DNA from: Lingula anatina
Lineage: Eukaryota > Animalia > Brachiopoda
Direction: 5' to 3'
Assembly: GCA_051362555.1 (NCBI GenBank)
Contig: CM120640.1
Location: 62,350,788-62,414,787 of the forward strand
Length of the DNA: 64,000 nt
The translations under genes were made by a program, and so were the position numbers. The notes under the pieces are model-generated. The model did no database searches and was not told the origin of the DNA. It saw only the letters and a list, made by a program, of their open reading frames with translations. Shown one piece after another: positions 36,909 to 49,013 of this stretch. Positions within the stretch are counted from its first letter, which is position 1. Each line of letters begins with the position of its first letter.

Positions 36909-37787
36909 GCTGAGATGGAGCAACAGAGAGAAGAATTAAAAAGGCAGAGAGCTGCTTTCCAAAGACAGATTGACTTGTTTGAACAGCGTCAGCAACAAAT
37001 ACAGCAAGAACAGCAGAAGGAGCAACAGCAACTGTTACAATTACAACAGCAGCAACAACAACTACAAAAGCAACTCTCTTCTGGAAATATGATAAAAAGT
37101 GGATTAAAAGATGTCAACTCTACAAGTGTAAAAAATGACAAGTTTTCCACTACAGGAAAGGAAAATAATTCCTTGGATCCAACACGTTTAAGCCCACAGG
37201 GTTTGGTTATCAGTCATAGGCGTTCAGCTTCAGCAGATTGGAATAAAGATTCAAATGATAAACGTGCAACAGAGGGTGAAGCTTTCGAGCCAATGAAAGA
37301 GGAATATGCTAGGAGTTTACAAGAACCTTTAAATCGCAAAACGCGTTCAGATGATCGGCGCATATCACACCATGTGTTTGAGGGTCAAAACAGACGGGCA
37401 GACACCATGCCTAGTTTAGGTATAAGTAAGAGAGACACTAGGGAAAACTTGCCTATACATCTAGTGAGTGCCACCAATGAACAGAAACTGCAAGGTGCTG
37501 CCTTAAAACAGCAGTTTCCTCACAAACTTGGAAGCAGCAACAGCTCTCCATCTTTCAGTGGAATTATTCCTAAAAAACTGGCTAGCAGCTCAAGTAGTAG
37601 TCAGCCCAGCTCTCACAACAGTCAGTCGAATAAGAGTGCCAGTTTAAAGCATAACAGCTCTGGGGGAGGCGGGATGCTGCCTATGAAGCTGGCTGAGAGG
37701 AGTAGAAGTGACAGTAAAGAGAGGAGTCAGTCCATGTCTTCTCCTCAGTCTGCAGGAAAGAAGGACCAAAGTGTGATATATTTCTAA
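36909..37787 (+). CDS. ARHGEF18: RhoGEF last coding exon (coiled coil, Q-rich, SATNE motif, C-terminal SVIYF*)
   Basis: ttcaag| acceptor, ORF 36915-37787, TAA stop. Confidence 0.95.
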   Translation, partial: AEMEQQREELKRQRAAFQRQIDLFEQRQQQIQQEQQKEQQQLLQLQQQQQQLQKQLSSGNMIKSGLKDVNSTSVKNDKFSTTGKENNSLDPTRLSPQGLVISHRRSASADWNKDSNDKRATEGEAFEPMKEEYARSLQEPLNRKTRSDDRRISHHVFEGQNRRADTMPSLGISKRDTRENLPIHLVSATNEQKLQGAALKQQFPHKLGSSNSSPSFSGIIPKKLASSSSSSQPSSHNSQSNKSASLKHNSSGGGGMLPMKLAERSRSDSKERSQSMSSPQSAGKKDQSVIYF

Positions 37788-40100
37788 ATGTTTCGAAATC
37801 CTATAATAAGGTGAGTTTATTTTTGACTGAAAGTTAAATTCAGCAGATCAGCATTAAAAAGGTTAAGGTCTCTTAATATACAATGTGTTTTATCTGTGCA
37901 AAAATTCATCATTTGTTTTTAAGACTTCAGATCTGACCTCAGATCTGTATTGGTTCTGGCCTTATTCTTGGAAGTAACCTGATTAAAGTCAGACAGACCA
38001 GTGTATTACTATATGCACTTCACTTTTTCAAATCCAGAACTCAAATTAAGCACGCAAAGTAATTGAATTTGGCTTTCTTTTTGAAAGCAAACTAAGTGTA
38101 TATAGTTTTTTGAAGACCACACACTTCAGAACATTTCCTCTATTTGTTTCTTTTAATTAATTAGTTGAAAGGAAAGGGTACTTTTCTAAAAGCAGTTAAT
38201 GGTTAAATAGAGTATTTGGAAGTTTGATTTGCCAAATGTAAGACAGGAATTTTAAATGGTCAGCACTGAAAGTTGTGCAAATCTGATGTAAAAATGGCAT
38301 GATTGGGAAAAAAGGGGAGGGATATTTCTACTTCCTTACTGAGTTGCTGCTTATATGATATCCCTTGAATTTTTGTGCATTTGAAAGCAAAATGAAATAG
38401 GATGATGGGACAGAGTGGGCTTTAAGATAGAATGTCTTTTTGTCTAGGATAGTGCACTTTGTATAGATAGTAATACCACAGAAATTTACCAGTGGAGGTA
38501 AAGCAACAAGAGGAGCCAATTTCTTTTGGTCAGCTTTGCCAAGAGAAGCAATTTATATTTGGGGGAGCATGATGTCCAGTTAAAGGTCTTCTTCCACAAC
38601 TTTGTTGTTGTTTCCTCATGAGTTAGAATTACTTGAAGTTTGCCAAGATCAACTAAATAGATAGGGCCACATGTGGAAGACTCATCGGGTTCACCTGGTC
38701 TAGGTGCTAACAAAAGGAATCTTCATCGAGGTGTGAGTTTGGTTTGTCACTACTGTTTAGCAATAAGAAAACTTTGCAGTTTATATGAGGATTGGGGGCA
38801 TCTCAGGCAATCTAGAAATCGAGATTCTTATTAAGATACTAAGAGGCAATATTAATCAAGTTTATCAAATTTTGTTATAAGTTCAGGTGACAATGGCTTC
38901 TTCCTTGCATCTGCAGCCTGTTTATTTCATAGGAATCCTTGTCCTTAAATGAACCTCGAAGCCTTCATTCAAATCCTTCAGATCTTTTTTGCAGAAGGAT
39001 TTATCTTTAGTAAACCTTCTAAAATTGACTTTTGATTGTTTTCTATGATGTTACATGTTTAATGTAAATTCATACTCTGGTGTACTTAATGTGTGATCAG
39101 GTTCTTATTTTAATATTGACTCAATTTGCCACATAGTTTGAGGAGCCAGGTTGAAGTACAGACATGATAATGGTGTAGTTTTTGCTTCTTCCTGGTAATC
39201 TGAAGCACTCTAGTGAGAGTTCATCAGAAGGAAGGGGGTTCTTTGGTGTCTCTTTTACAATCGTTGAATTGGGTGTGTCTGTCTCTCTTTGATTTGGTAT
39301 ATTATGTTGAGAATTTAGAAAAAAAAATTTTTAAGGGCATAGCACGTCTTGATATCGTTCATTTCCTCTGACTTTTTTTTTTACTAAATTGAATTTTTAT
39401 ACAATATTTTATACAGAGTTGTGATGTATATAATTTTTATATTCTTTGATTATCAAAAAATATTTTGAAAGATTTTTGTAATCAGCTGCATCCATGGGTA
39501 ATGTAATTAGAGAGGAGAATTCACATTGGGTGCAGAGCTATTAAAGAACCTGTGACCCCAAGGCACACTCCAATTTGGATAAAATTGTTTAGGCCTAGTT
39601 GACTACTATGTTTCATTCAGCTGTGGGTATTGATGAATTACACTGCCATTAAGCTGCAATACAAGTAGGCAACCCATAGGTACCCCAGGCTGGTGTTACC
39701 GCACTGGCCTCTTGATTCAGTTCAGCTCAGTTCAGATTTTGGTCTGTTATTCTGCTTAATATATCAGAATTATGACATTTGAAATGAAAAGAAAATGTTT
39801 TATCTTTTATTAAACTTTTTCACTAAAAGTTCAGGAGATGCTTATGTTACAGACTGTAGTGCTCTTTGATGAAAGCATGCACATGCCTTCCATTCTTCGA
39901 CGTGTCACCATAATGAATTGGTCAACACATACAAGCATATTATTACTGTATAGATTTTATTTACTGCTTACTCTTTTTTGTTGACAGTGTCTGGCACAAT
40001 AATTAATCATAGTAGTGGATCTTTTCTTATTTTAATCACTGACGCAAATTGTTGCTGTTATTTGAGGTAACATTTGATGCATCTTTAAACCAATTGTAAA

Positions 40101-40137
40101 AATAAACTGCCATTTGATGATTTGATATCTGAATAAA
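40101..40137 (+). terminator. Candidate polyadenylation signals of the RhoGEF gene
   Basis: AATAAA at 40101 and 40132 followed by a T-rich tract. Further AATAAA at 41785 and 43103. Confidence 0.35.
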
Positions 40138-43100
40138 GATCTTAGTTTTTTTTCACCAAAGTTTCAATATTGTGATCAGGAAAGATAAAGAGGGACTTTC
40201 CAGTATTGAGCACCAGCTGACCTTCAATTTGTTAATGAAGCTTTGTTTTTGTAGTCTGCATTTTGATGAATATCCATTATGGAAGTGGAAACTTAATAAC
40301 AGGAAAGGAAGAATGAAAAAAATTCAGGAAATAGTTCAGATACTCTTTTGTGGTTATACTCCTCACCTTAAAGTTGCAATTTGCCTTTCTGATACACTTT
40401 ATATTTGATATAATAAGTGCAACTTGTGAGTGTGCTATTTTTGATGATTTTCTAGCAGTTTATTTACTGTAAGTCAGATATACTTTTTTTGAACAAAATT
40501 TTTTTTCTATTTGGTTTGAGGCATAGATGTTCAAATCCCATTGCCTTTCAATATTTTAGGTGGCGACTGATGGATGATTCAGTTGTAGGATAAGGTTGAT
40601 AATACACCTCAAAACCTGAGTCATGTCGCCAAGAGTAATCTAACAATCACGACAAGTAAATACTGCAAGCAGTAGAAGTTGAGATCTCTTTCTTTTACCA
40701 TTGCCACTCTTTACAGGTGAATATGTTCAGCTAGAATGCTGATACCAAAATCTTTTCTGGTAAATCTGCCTTCTTGTCTTGTCATTGTTCATAGTCTGGG
40801 GTGTATTTCAAGCAATTTCCAAGGAGCTCAAACAAAGTGCATACAGAAGAGAGCAGCATTTCTAGGGAGAACCCCCTCCCTTGTCGTTGCCTTGTTATTT
40901 TCTCTGTACATTTGAAGTCTTACTTGCACATGTGCTAACACATTAACATGTGCGTGCATGCCTTTTACCTGGTGTCTGCAGTTACCTGGGTGTCTGCCAA
41001 GTTGCACCATTTGCACTTGATAACAAATTATCAGGAAAAGAAAATAGTGCTTCCTGACGTCAGTAACCTGGGAGCTTCCATGGTGCTCATTAGCAGTGTT
41101 GTGAAAAGTGATAGGCCCTGTGAACCTCACTCAGTGCATCTTGTACCAGGAATTAATTAGCAGGAAGGCCTGATTAGGTTCCGTCTATTCCTTCCTTGTG
41201 CTCTACCTTTCATCTTTCTGAGTGATGTGGTCTGGGAAGCTTGTTAAGTACAATCAATTTTGCTCTGGTTCAAATTTGGAGAACTAGCTTTTGATTCCAG
41301 AAATAATTGCTGAAAGTCAAAAGTCATCAGTTTTTGAAATGGTGATGTTCAGTCGGTGGAAAGAGTTTTATTAATGGATATCTGCCATGCTAAGTTCTTT
41401 TGTAACTTCATATGAAATGGTGTGAAAGGTTATTTTATATAAAAGTACCTTTTTTATTTTACTGATTGGAGTATACAGATTGCACACATCATTTGTCTAC
41501 AAGAAGTTGACAGTCGGGAAGGTTATCTCAGTTTTGCTCAAGTTAAAAATTAGACTGCTAGAGCTTAGATTGTGTGTTCTCTCTGTGCTTCGGGCTGTCG
41601 CAGAATCTTAACCCATCTTGCATTTTCCTCTTCATGTTGTGCATACAATACTTCTGTGTTGTAGTAAACTAAGCCAAACATGTAGTTGAGCAACTTTTAT
41701 TATCCAAATATGAAGCTTTGTCATTTGAACCTGTAATTGTTGATTGTTTTGTCAAGACTCGGGCAGGTTTACAAGATTTTTTTCAATAAATGTAAGACCG
41801 AGACCTTTAAAACAAACTTGGTAGTCGAGAATTTTTTATCCCAATTTTGAGGCATTGTCCTTTGAACCAGTTTTTGTTGATCTTCTGTAAAGAGGCGGGC
41901 ACATTTACAAGGTTTCCTTAAAGAAAAAAGTGTAGACCTGAGCTTCAAAAAACTTTGATGTGAATGATTTATTATGACATTGGAGATACATAGGGGGTGG
42001 TTTTTTCACAATATGTTTTCGGATAGTTCAAGGCACACTTTGTGTTCTGCACCTTCTGTGTTCCAGAGACAGTTAATCCTCGTCACTTTTTGGTAGAAGT
42101 AATTTGCCTACCTTAAGACCACCCGTTAGTCAAGTAGAATGGGCATAGGTACTGATAGTGAGCAGACATTTATTGGTAGCTCTTTAAAAACTGGAATCAA
42201 TGGCACCTTTCCTTTATTGTTCTATCAGCCCAAAAAAAATTGAGCAGGTAAAGTTCTCTTGCCAAAAATTCAATTACTGTGAGCAGCAGTCTCCCCAGTT
42301 CTTGGTGTTTTTGAATTTTGTGGTTGAACTTGAGCAGTTACATCATTTTAGAGTGCTTAGAAAAATGAAATAGAAACAGCATTTTCCACTTAAAGGGGGG
42401 AAAAGCATCAACTTCAAAAGATGGACTTCAAGTGTGTGAGGATTTGGTATCTGAAGACCAATACAGTGGTTAGAAAGTTTTGATAGGAAAAAAAAAGCAA
42501 ATGCATGATTACTAGTGATTTAAGACCCAACCATTTCTTTCTTCTTCTAATGGAATCACATATTAAACAACTCAATACTTTTTTCCATAAATTATAAATG
42601 ATCTTTCTCTTTACTTTTAGGATTGATGGTGCAATGAGATAAATGTGCAACTCGGAGGCAGATTCTGTGAATACTACCACTACTACTGCTTCTATTACTA
42701 CTCCAGTGCCACCTAGAGCTTTGAGAATCATGATGACTGTAGTATGAAATGGAAAGGGGAGGAGAGTCAATATATTCATTGCCTATGGAGCTTCAGAACC
42801 TAATAAGGCTTCGGTACTTCACATATTTTAGTCTCACAACTTTGCTACAGGTTACAATTGATCAACTCTGCAGGACAGACCTGGGATGATTGTACAAATA
42901 TGAGAATACATTGATTTCACTTGAGCAGCAGAAGCCTTTTTAAGAACCTAACATTCTGATGTCTGTGGAGCCTGCAATCCTACAGAAAAGAATTTCAACA
43001 GTGTACACTTCGTAAAACAATGCATCTGTGATTAACGTTTAACATGCAGGGATTTTTTTCTCTTTGGAACTGAAAATCTAAAATTGTGTCACTGTCAAAT

Positions 43101-44779
43101 GAAATAAAAGAGACATTGAATATTTTCAGTATAGTTAATGCTTATTAAGTTACTGATAAATGACTTCATTTTCTTGCAGTTATTTTCTATATTTAGATGC
43201 TACAACTTTTATCATCTGTCTTAATCTTCAATTTAGATTGAGTTATTCTTCAGATGTTTGCATTCAGAAGACTTTACTGAACTGGCAGTTTAATTGCTGG
43301 AATGGATAACAGTATTTAAGAAAGGAGCCACGTAAACCTGTAAATTTACATTGTATTAGTGAAAGGAAGAGATGTACAATTTATAGGCTCATATTGGTAA
43401 TACCGGTTATAGAGAAAACATGGAATTTAGATCAGGGAACTAGACAAATGCATTGTCTGCATGATTGAGAGAGAGATGATAACAATTACTATATATTAGG
43501 TTTCATGCATTATTTACTCAAATGTAGGAAAATCAGTGGAATACTTTTGAGTGCATTGTATGTGCATCTTATGCTTTATGATTACTTTCAGCAAATAGTT
43601 TGATCTCCTACCTCAGCTGATGGCCTTGACATCAAGAAACTGACATCCAGTCCCATCTTTTCTACATAATCTGGCAAAGTTAACATTATAGCAGCTGCAC
43701 CTCAAGAATACATCATTGATGTGGGTCGGAAAATATTGGCATTTCTTCACTGTGTGGTTTTTTCGGTACTATATCTTCTCAGTGATTGACATTTTTGCAA
43801 ATTATTCATTTTGACTGATAAGACTTTATCACTTGCAGAGGTGTGATATTTTCTTTACCAGTTTGTTGCTATCGCTCATTAAGATTGTAAGTGTCAGGGG
43901 GGCATTTGCATTGGGCAAGTGATAAACCCAAATATTCTTATCTTGAGGAGTTGTTCTCTTACCATCAGAACAATTTTGAATGACTGGTATAAGACCCTTG
44001 TCTTTCTCTAATCTGAAAGTTTGCCCATGGTAATCCCAAGAACAAGGCAGTTGCTATGAATTAGTTTTCTTTAGTCCCCACATTTAATCTCTTTTGATCA
44101 TATGTCATTTAAGGATGGTATGCTAACAAAATGGGGTTGTTTGGGTATTTTTTCAATTCAAACACTGTAAGGTGAAGATTAGGCTCCCGCAATATCAAAG
44201 TAAATATATTTAAAGGTATTTGCATTTAAACATTAATGATAGATTTGCTGCTTATTGAAAGCAATGAAAAATTATGGTGCTTTTTGATTAAGGTGACTAT
44301 TACTGCATTCCCAGAATCATTGGTTCTTTGAATAAATTGACACTATGCTAAATATGTAATTTCTTAATTCAGCAGTTTGAAGGCCTTCTTGTAATCTTCA
44401 AGAATTGTCACAAATTATATTTATCTTATCTCTTACAATATGCTCTTATTTAAAACATTGATTAATTATTATGAATGTACATAGATGTATTTTGTGTAAA
44501 TTCTCTTCACAGATCCAGCATATGATTATACAGTCAACTGTCTTTTCATTTTCTGAACTGTAACAGTGTACATGATTCTTGAATAAATTAGATTTTCTAA
44601 TAATAAGAAAGTTAGTTTTGTGTATTTTAAATATCATTTGGTCACATGCATGTTACAAACAATTTTATAAAGGGGTCGTTTGTGTACTTAGAATAACCTT
44701 TGGTCACATGTATGTTAATTAAAAAGAAAACGAAAATGTTTTTCAGTCTATGAGCAATGATAATCAAAAGTCTCCACCT

Positions 44780-47700
44780 TTTTACCATCACGTTACAGTG
44801 ATTCATCAGATTGTTACTCATTAGTTCCTATAATAGTAATGATTCCAAAGCGCTTAGATACTGTGCATAGGTTTTTCTGTCAGGCAGGGACGTTGGGAAC
44901 CACCCACTTCTTTCTATCTGCGGCTAGTGCAGAGTACTAACGAGAGAAAGCCTTGGCCAACACTATTCTAGACTTGACATTTTGCAAACTTGTTTCAGAA
45001 AATACCACGAGAAACTTGCAAGTACGATTGTGTACGAACAGGCTTCCCATCGTAACCGAGACGTACGTGTATACGTTGCAACCAAATCGTCAGCTTTCTG
45101 GTGTCGATTTTAAAGCGGGTTCAGTTAAAACGCAGTTGAGTGCGGCCTTAAATGAAGACGCGAAGGGGGCGTTGTATTCATTCCAAAGCTGTTACCGTCA
45201 AGACTGTCGCCTCTAAGGTTAGAGCAATAGGAAATGCAAGAGGGTGACAAGTACGCGACAAACTTCTAGGTTAATACCGGTGTGTCGATGCGGGGGCTTA
45301 TAGCCTACCTGTAAGTTCACCAGATACAAAACCTGTAATGTTGGGTTGTTTACCAGACAAAAAATCATTATTTCTACGGGATATTAAAAAGTGTTCATCG
45401 GAGTTCACGGTGGTTGATAAATAACATCTTTGTATAATAAGCCTATCTAATGTTACATCTTTATGTTAACTGCACCCCACCCTCCACCAAACAACCAAAT
45501 TGATAGAATAAACCAGACGAAAAACACTTGTAATTTGAGTAAATCTGCTAATAAGTATGACAAACGCATTTCATAATTTCAAGAATACGCATCTCCATGG
45601 TGCAGTAAAAAAGTACGTATTGGCACTTTGCCAAGTTCAGTAAACGCAGTCGTCCACGTCGAGTAATCTGGTAGATTATACTTGACAATCTTCCGGCGTT
45701 CAAGCGGGTGACATATTGCCGTGTTGGGGCTTAATCAGTAAAGAGCGGTATTCCCTGCGGGTGCCGATCCCCACATTTAGGTGTCGAATTGATTGTCAAA
45801 ATACTGCGAACAATCTTACGTTGACAGCTAAGAGAACAATACACCTTACTTTTGTTTACATTAATCATTTCTTTATTTTTATCCCCTATTGTATCTGAAA
45901 GATTTTGTTCATATCGAGAGCTAAACGTATTAATAGAAATTTGATGTTCACAGGTAGTACAAATGAGAACTATTTGCCTTCGGTTTTGTTCAGAATCCCA
46001 AAACGCACAAGACCGTGTACATGTCTGCACCGTGAGTTGGATGCTGATGTGTCCGCGAGTACGTCATAAGAAACTAGAGGGCCACTTTAAGGGTTATCCG
46101 ACGGAATTTGATAAATTTGGGATAGGTCAGCTTATTGGTAAATTCAAAAGTAAATACATTTTTTGCATCGAAAGTTGTTCTGAAATCCAGTCAAGTGCGT
46201 CAAAAGAGCAGACAGAAGGGGTCAGAGGTAGAGCGGGTGCTCTGACTCCATTTTTTCATCTTTATATATTTTTTATTTATTAGAACTGTTTTATTTGTTT
46301 CATTTGCTTGTTTAAGTTCTCATCTGAAATGGCTCGTTTTAGGCTTTGATTTAATCCGATATCGTAAAATTGCTGTTGCTGATTAGACGGTCGCATAATG
46401 TATCCATCAATTCATTTGCAATAATACCCATATCAATTAAATTGCAATTGCCCTCTCGACGTACTTGAAATTAATCCTTCTTGTGTTGAATCACTAGCAT
46501 TGCATGTTAACATATATCTCACCACGAAAGGAAACTGACTTAATGTATAAAAAAAGACCGCGACGACTTTACTAACAAGGTAGGCCTACGCTGGAAGTTG
46601 AGGTGACGGGGCGACTTTTTTGTCTGTCTGTGTGAGTGTGTGTGTTGAGGGGGGGGGGGGGGGGTAATGAGTTCCACCCTTTGGAGCCCCTTTACATTGG
46701 GTTTGATTGCATGCTGAGGTTAGTAATTAAGCAATTAAACATAAATGGGACCGCGCTTACACATGGACCGCTATTCCAACCTAAACAAATGGACATGTCG
46801 TAAATGGACCCTTTAATAGTGGAAGATCCTAAGGTAGACCGGGTCTGCGCGCTCCTCATTTTGATTGAAAAGCTATCAGACGACTCAAGTTAATGCAATT
46901 TAAGCTTTCATTTATCATGCCGGGGGATTGATCTTTTACCTTGTGACATTTGGTAACCCGATTTTGTGTCGCAGACAATGTAGTTGAAATATATCCTCCA
47001 ACCCGTCGCCCCTGTGGTAGTGGTAGTGCCCAATTTGGTAGCGCGAACTTTCATTCGCTGGGAGGTCTGGGGCTAGTCAGACAGTGAAACAGACACGAGT
47101 CGGTAAAAACGTGCAGACTGCCGGTGTGGACATTCAGTTACTTTGCTCAATCAGACCTGTGATATGCATACCGGCTTTCGCTCATAGAAGGGAGAAATAA
47201 GGAGAACCTCAGTTATTCATTGCGGCACGGTACACCGAGGCACCTTACATACACGGAAGCCCCTTAATGCTATAACCGCAGTTTATGACTGCCTCAGTGA
47301 CGGAAGCGATCCGTGTACAGACTTGACGGGACGGAAAGTCTAGGAACATGAGAACTCCGCCAGTAGACTGCACAGTGCACTTTCTCTTGTATTCACTGGT
47401 TGTACTAGCTAGCCAGTTTAAGACGTTGGACAGTCACCGGCTGACAGAATTTTCCGATCACAGACAGGGTTTGTAAAGGGGTTCTACATGCTACTATTAA
47501 TATATACATGTCCTCGTTTGTTTACAATTTTTTACAATGAAAGTCTAGACAGGGTTTTCTACCGTAAGTGCTGTCAGCTTGCCTCTGCAAACACATTTCA
47601 TTATTAAATTCATAGCATGAGTGCTTGTTAACTTTTAATACGACTTTACTATAATCAGTTCGACACCACGGCGTAACAGTACCCAACTTTTTGTTATGTG

Positions 47701-47800
47701 GTACTGGCTGTGATTTATGTTGTGTTGTACTAACGGGCCGTTAGGACCAGTGAGGCACCTGCTGTACACCCAACCATGCAATTGTAATACTAGTACCGAG
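44780..47800. promoter_or_regulatory. CpG-rich promoter / 5' region of the ADAMTS gene
   Basis: Abrupt rise in CG dinucleotides relative to the CpG-poor flanks, Inr-like ATTCAGTT at 47132-47139 upstream of the ATG. Confidence 0.65.
47348..47468 (+). CDS. ADAMTS metalloprotease exon 1 (signal peptide MRTPPVDCTVHFLLYSLVVLASQFKTLDS...FSDHRQ)
   Basis: AACATGA start, hydrophobic core, g|gtttgt phase 1 donor joins exon 2 in frame. Confidence 0.85.
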
Positions 47801-48642
47801 AGATCAAAGAGACGGTGACTTATCTCCTAAACTTTTTTAACTGTACTCGTGCACTGATCCCTGTGAAGCCATGCTTGTGGAAAATACAGGTGTTAAAAGG
47901 TGTTTAAGTTATCTTGTTATTTTGTAAGCAAAGCTCCACCCTACCATTAATACATTTTGTCAGGTGTGATTTTTTAAATGGCATGTTTTATTCAACTTAA
48001 GTATTTTTCTTTTAGAATATCAGGTTGAACACAATTCATCGCCTGAATTGCTTTAAAAACATGGCTTCTGTTATGTGAGATTAACATTTTAGTAATCACT
48101 TACAACATATGGCACATTAACACCTTCTGTAGAAAAGCCGACACGCTTTACTTTAAGCTAAGCTTTAGATGCTAAAACCACAGTCAAGCTGGCTTCATAC
48201 TATTCACAGCAGAGTCAAGTTTGAAGATTACGTATAGTATATTCAAATATCAAGACCACATGTATTTGATATCTGGCAGATTTGAATGTGCTATGTCTAA
48301 TCCAGCCATCAATATGCATGAAATGTATTTTTCCATCTCTGTGGTTTGTTTTGCCAAGTGCGCCTAATACTTAATGGCAGCTGCTTTCTGCACCATCTTT
48401 CTGTTATCAAAAAGTTATGGCTTCATTTAAAATGTCTTTTACTAATACTTTGCACGAATTGAACAGTTGGTTATCCACTTTCCTGTTTTTCAGACTTTAT
48501 TATTTCACTCACTTGTTATTATTTCTAATAGCATACAAACTTCTTAATTTGTATTAATCAAATCCTTCATTATTCTGAACATTGGTGCCATTTCACACTG
48601 TTGCATTCATGTACTAAATCATTTTATTATTTTTTCTTGCAG

Positions 48643-49013
48643 CTGAATTTGTCAGCAAACTTGACAGCTATGAAATTTCAATCCCACTTCGGGTCACCAA
48701 GGAGGGTGAATTCTTGACACACTCCCTTCACCATGAACGATTTGACACAAGTGTGCACAAACGGAGTATAGAAAGCGAAGAGGAGGAACAAATTCATTAC
48801 CATGTCCAAGTGGGAGAACACAAACTGCACCTTCAGTTAATACCCAATCACAAACTCTTTGCACCTGGAATGGTGGTTGAGAGGCGGAACAGCAAGTTTG
48901 GGAACGTCAGCGATTCTAAAGTCCAGCGATATGGATTCAACAAGTGTCATTTCATCGGGAATATCAAAGGACACATTGGGTCGAAAGTTGCCGTAGCAAC
49001 CTGCCAGGGTCTG
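48643..49013 (+). CDS. ADAMTS exon 2, reprolysin prodomain (ADAMTS6/10/7/12-like), gene continues beyond the window
   Basis: EFVSKLDSYEISIPLRVTKEGEFL...HKRS...LHLQLIPNHKLFAPG...CHFIGNIKGHIGSKVAVATCQGL|gtaaga matches the Pep_M12B propeptide pattern. Confidence 0.93.

Noticed and set aside
47015-47080. tRNA- or SINE-like stretch (GTAGTGCCCAATTTGGTAGCGCG...)
   Set aside because: D-arm-like only, with no GTTCRA T-loop or acceptor stem
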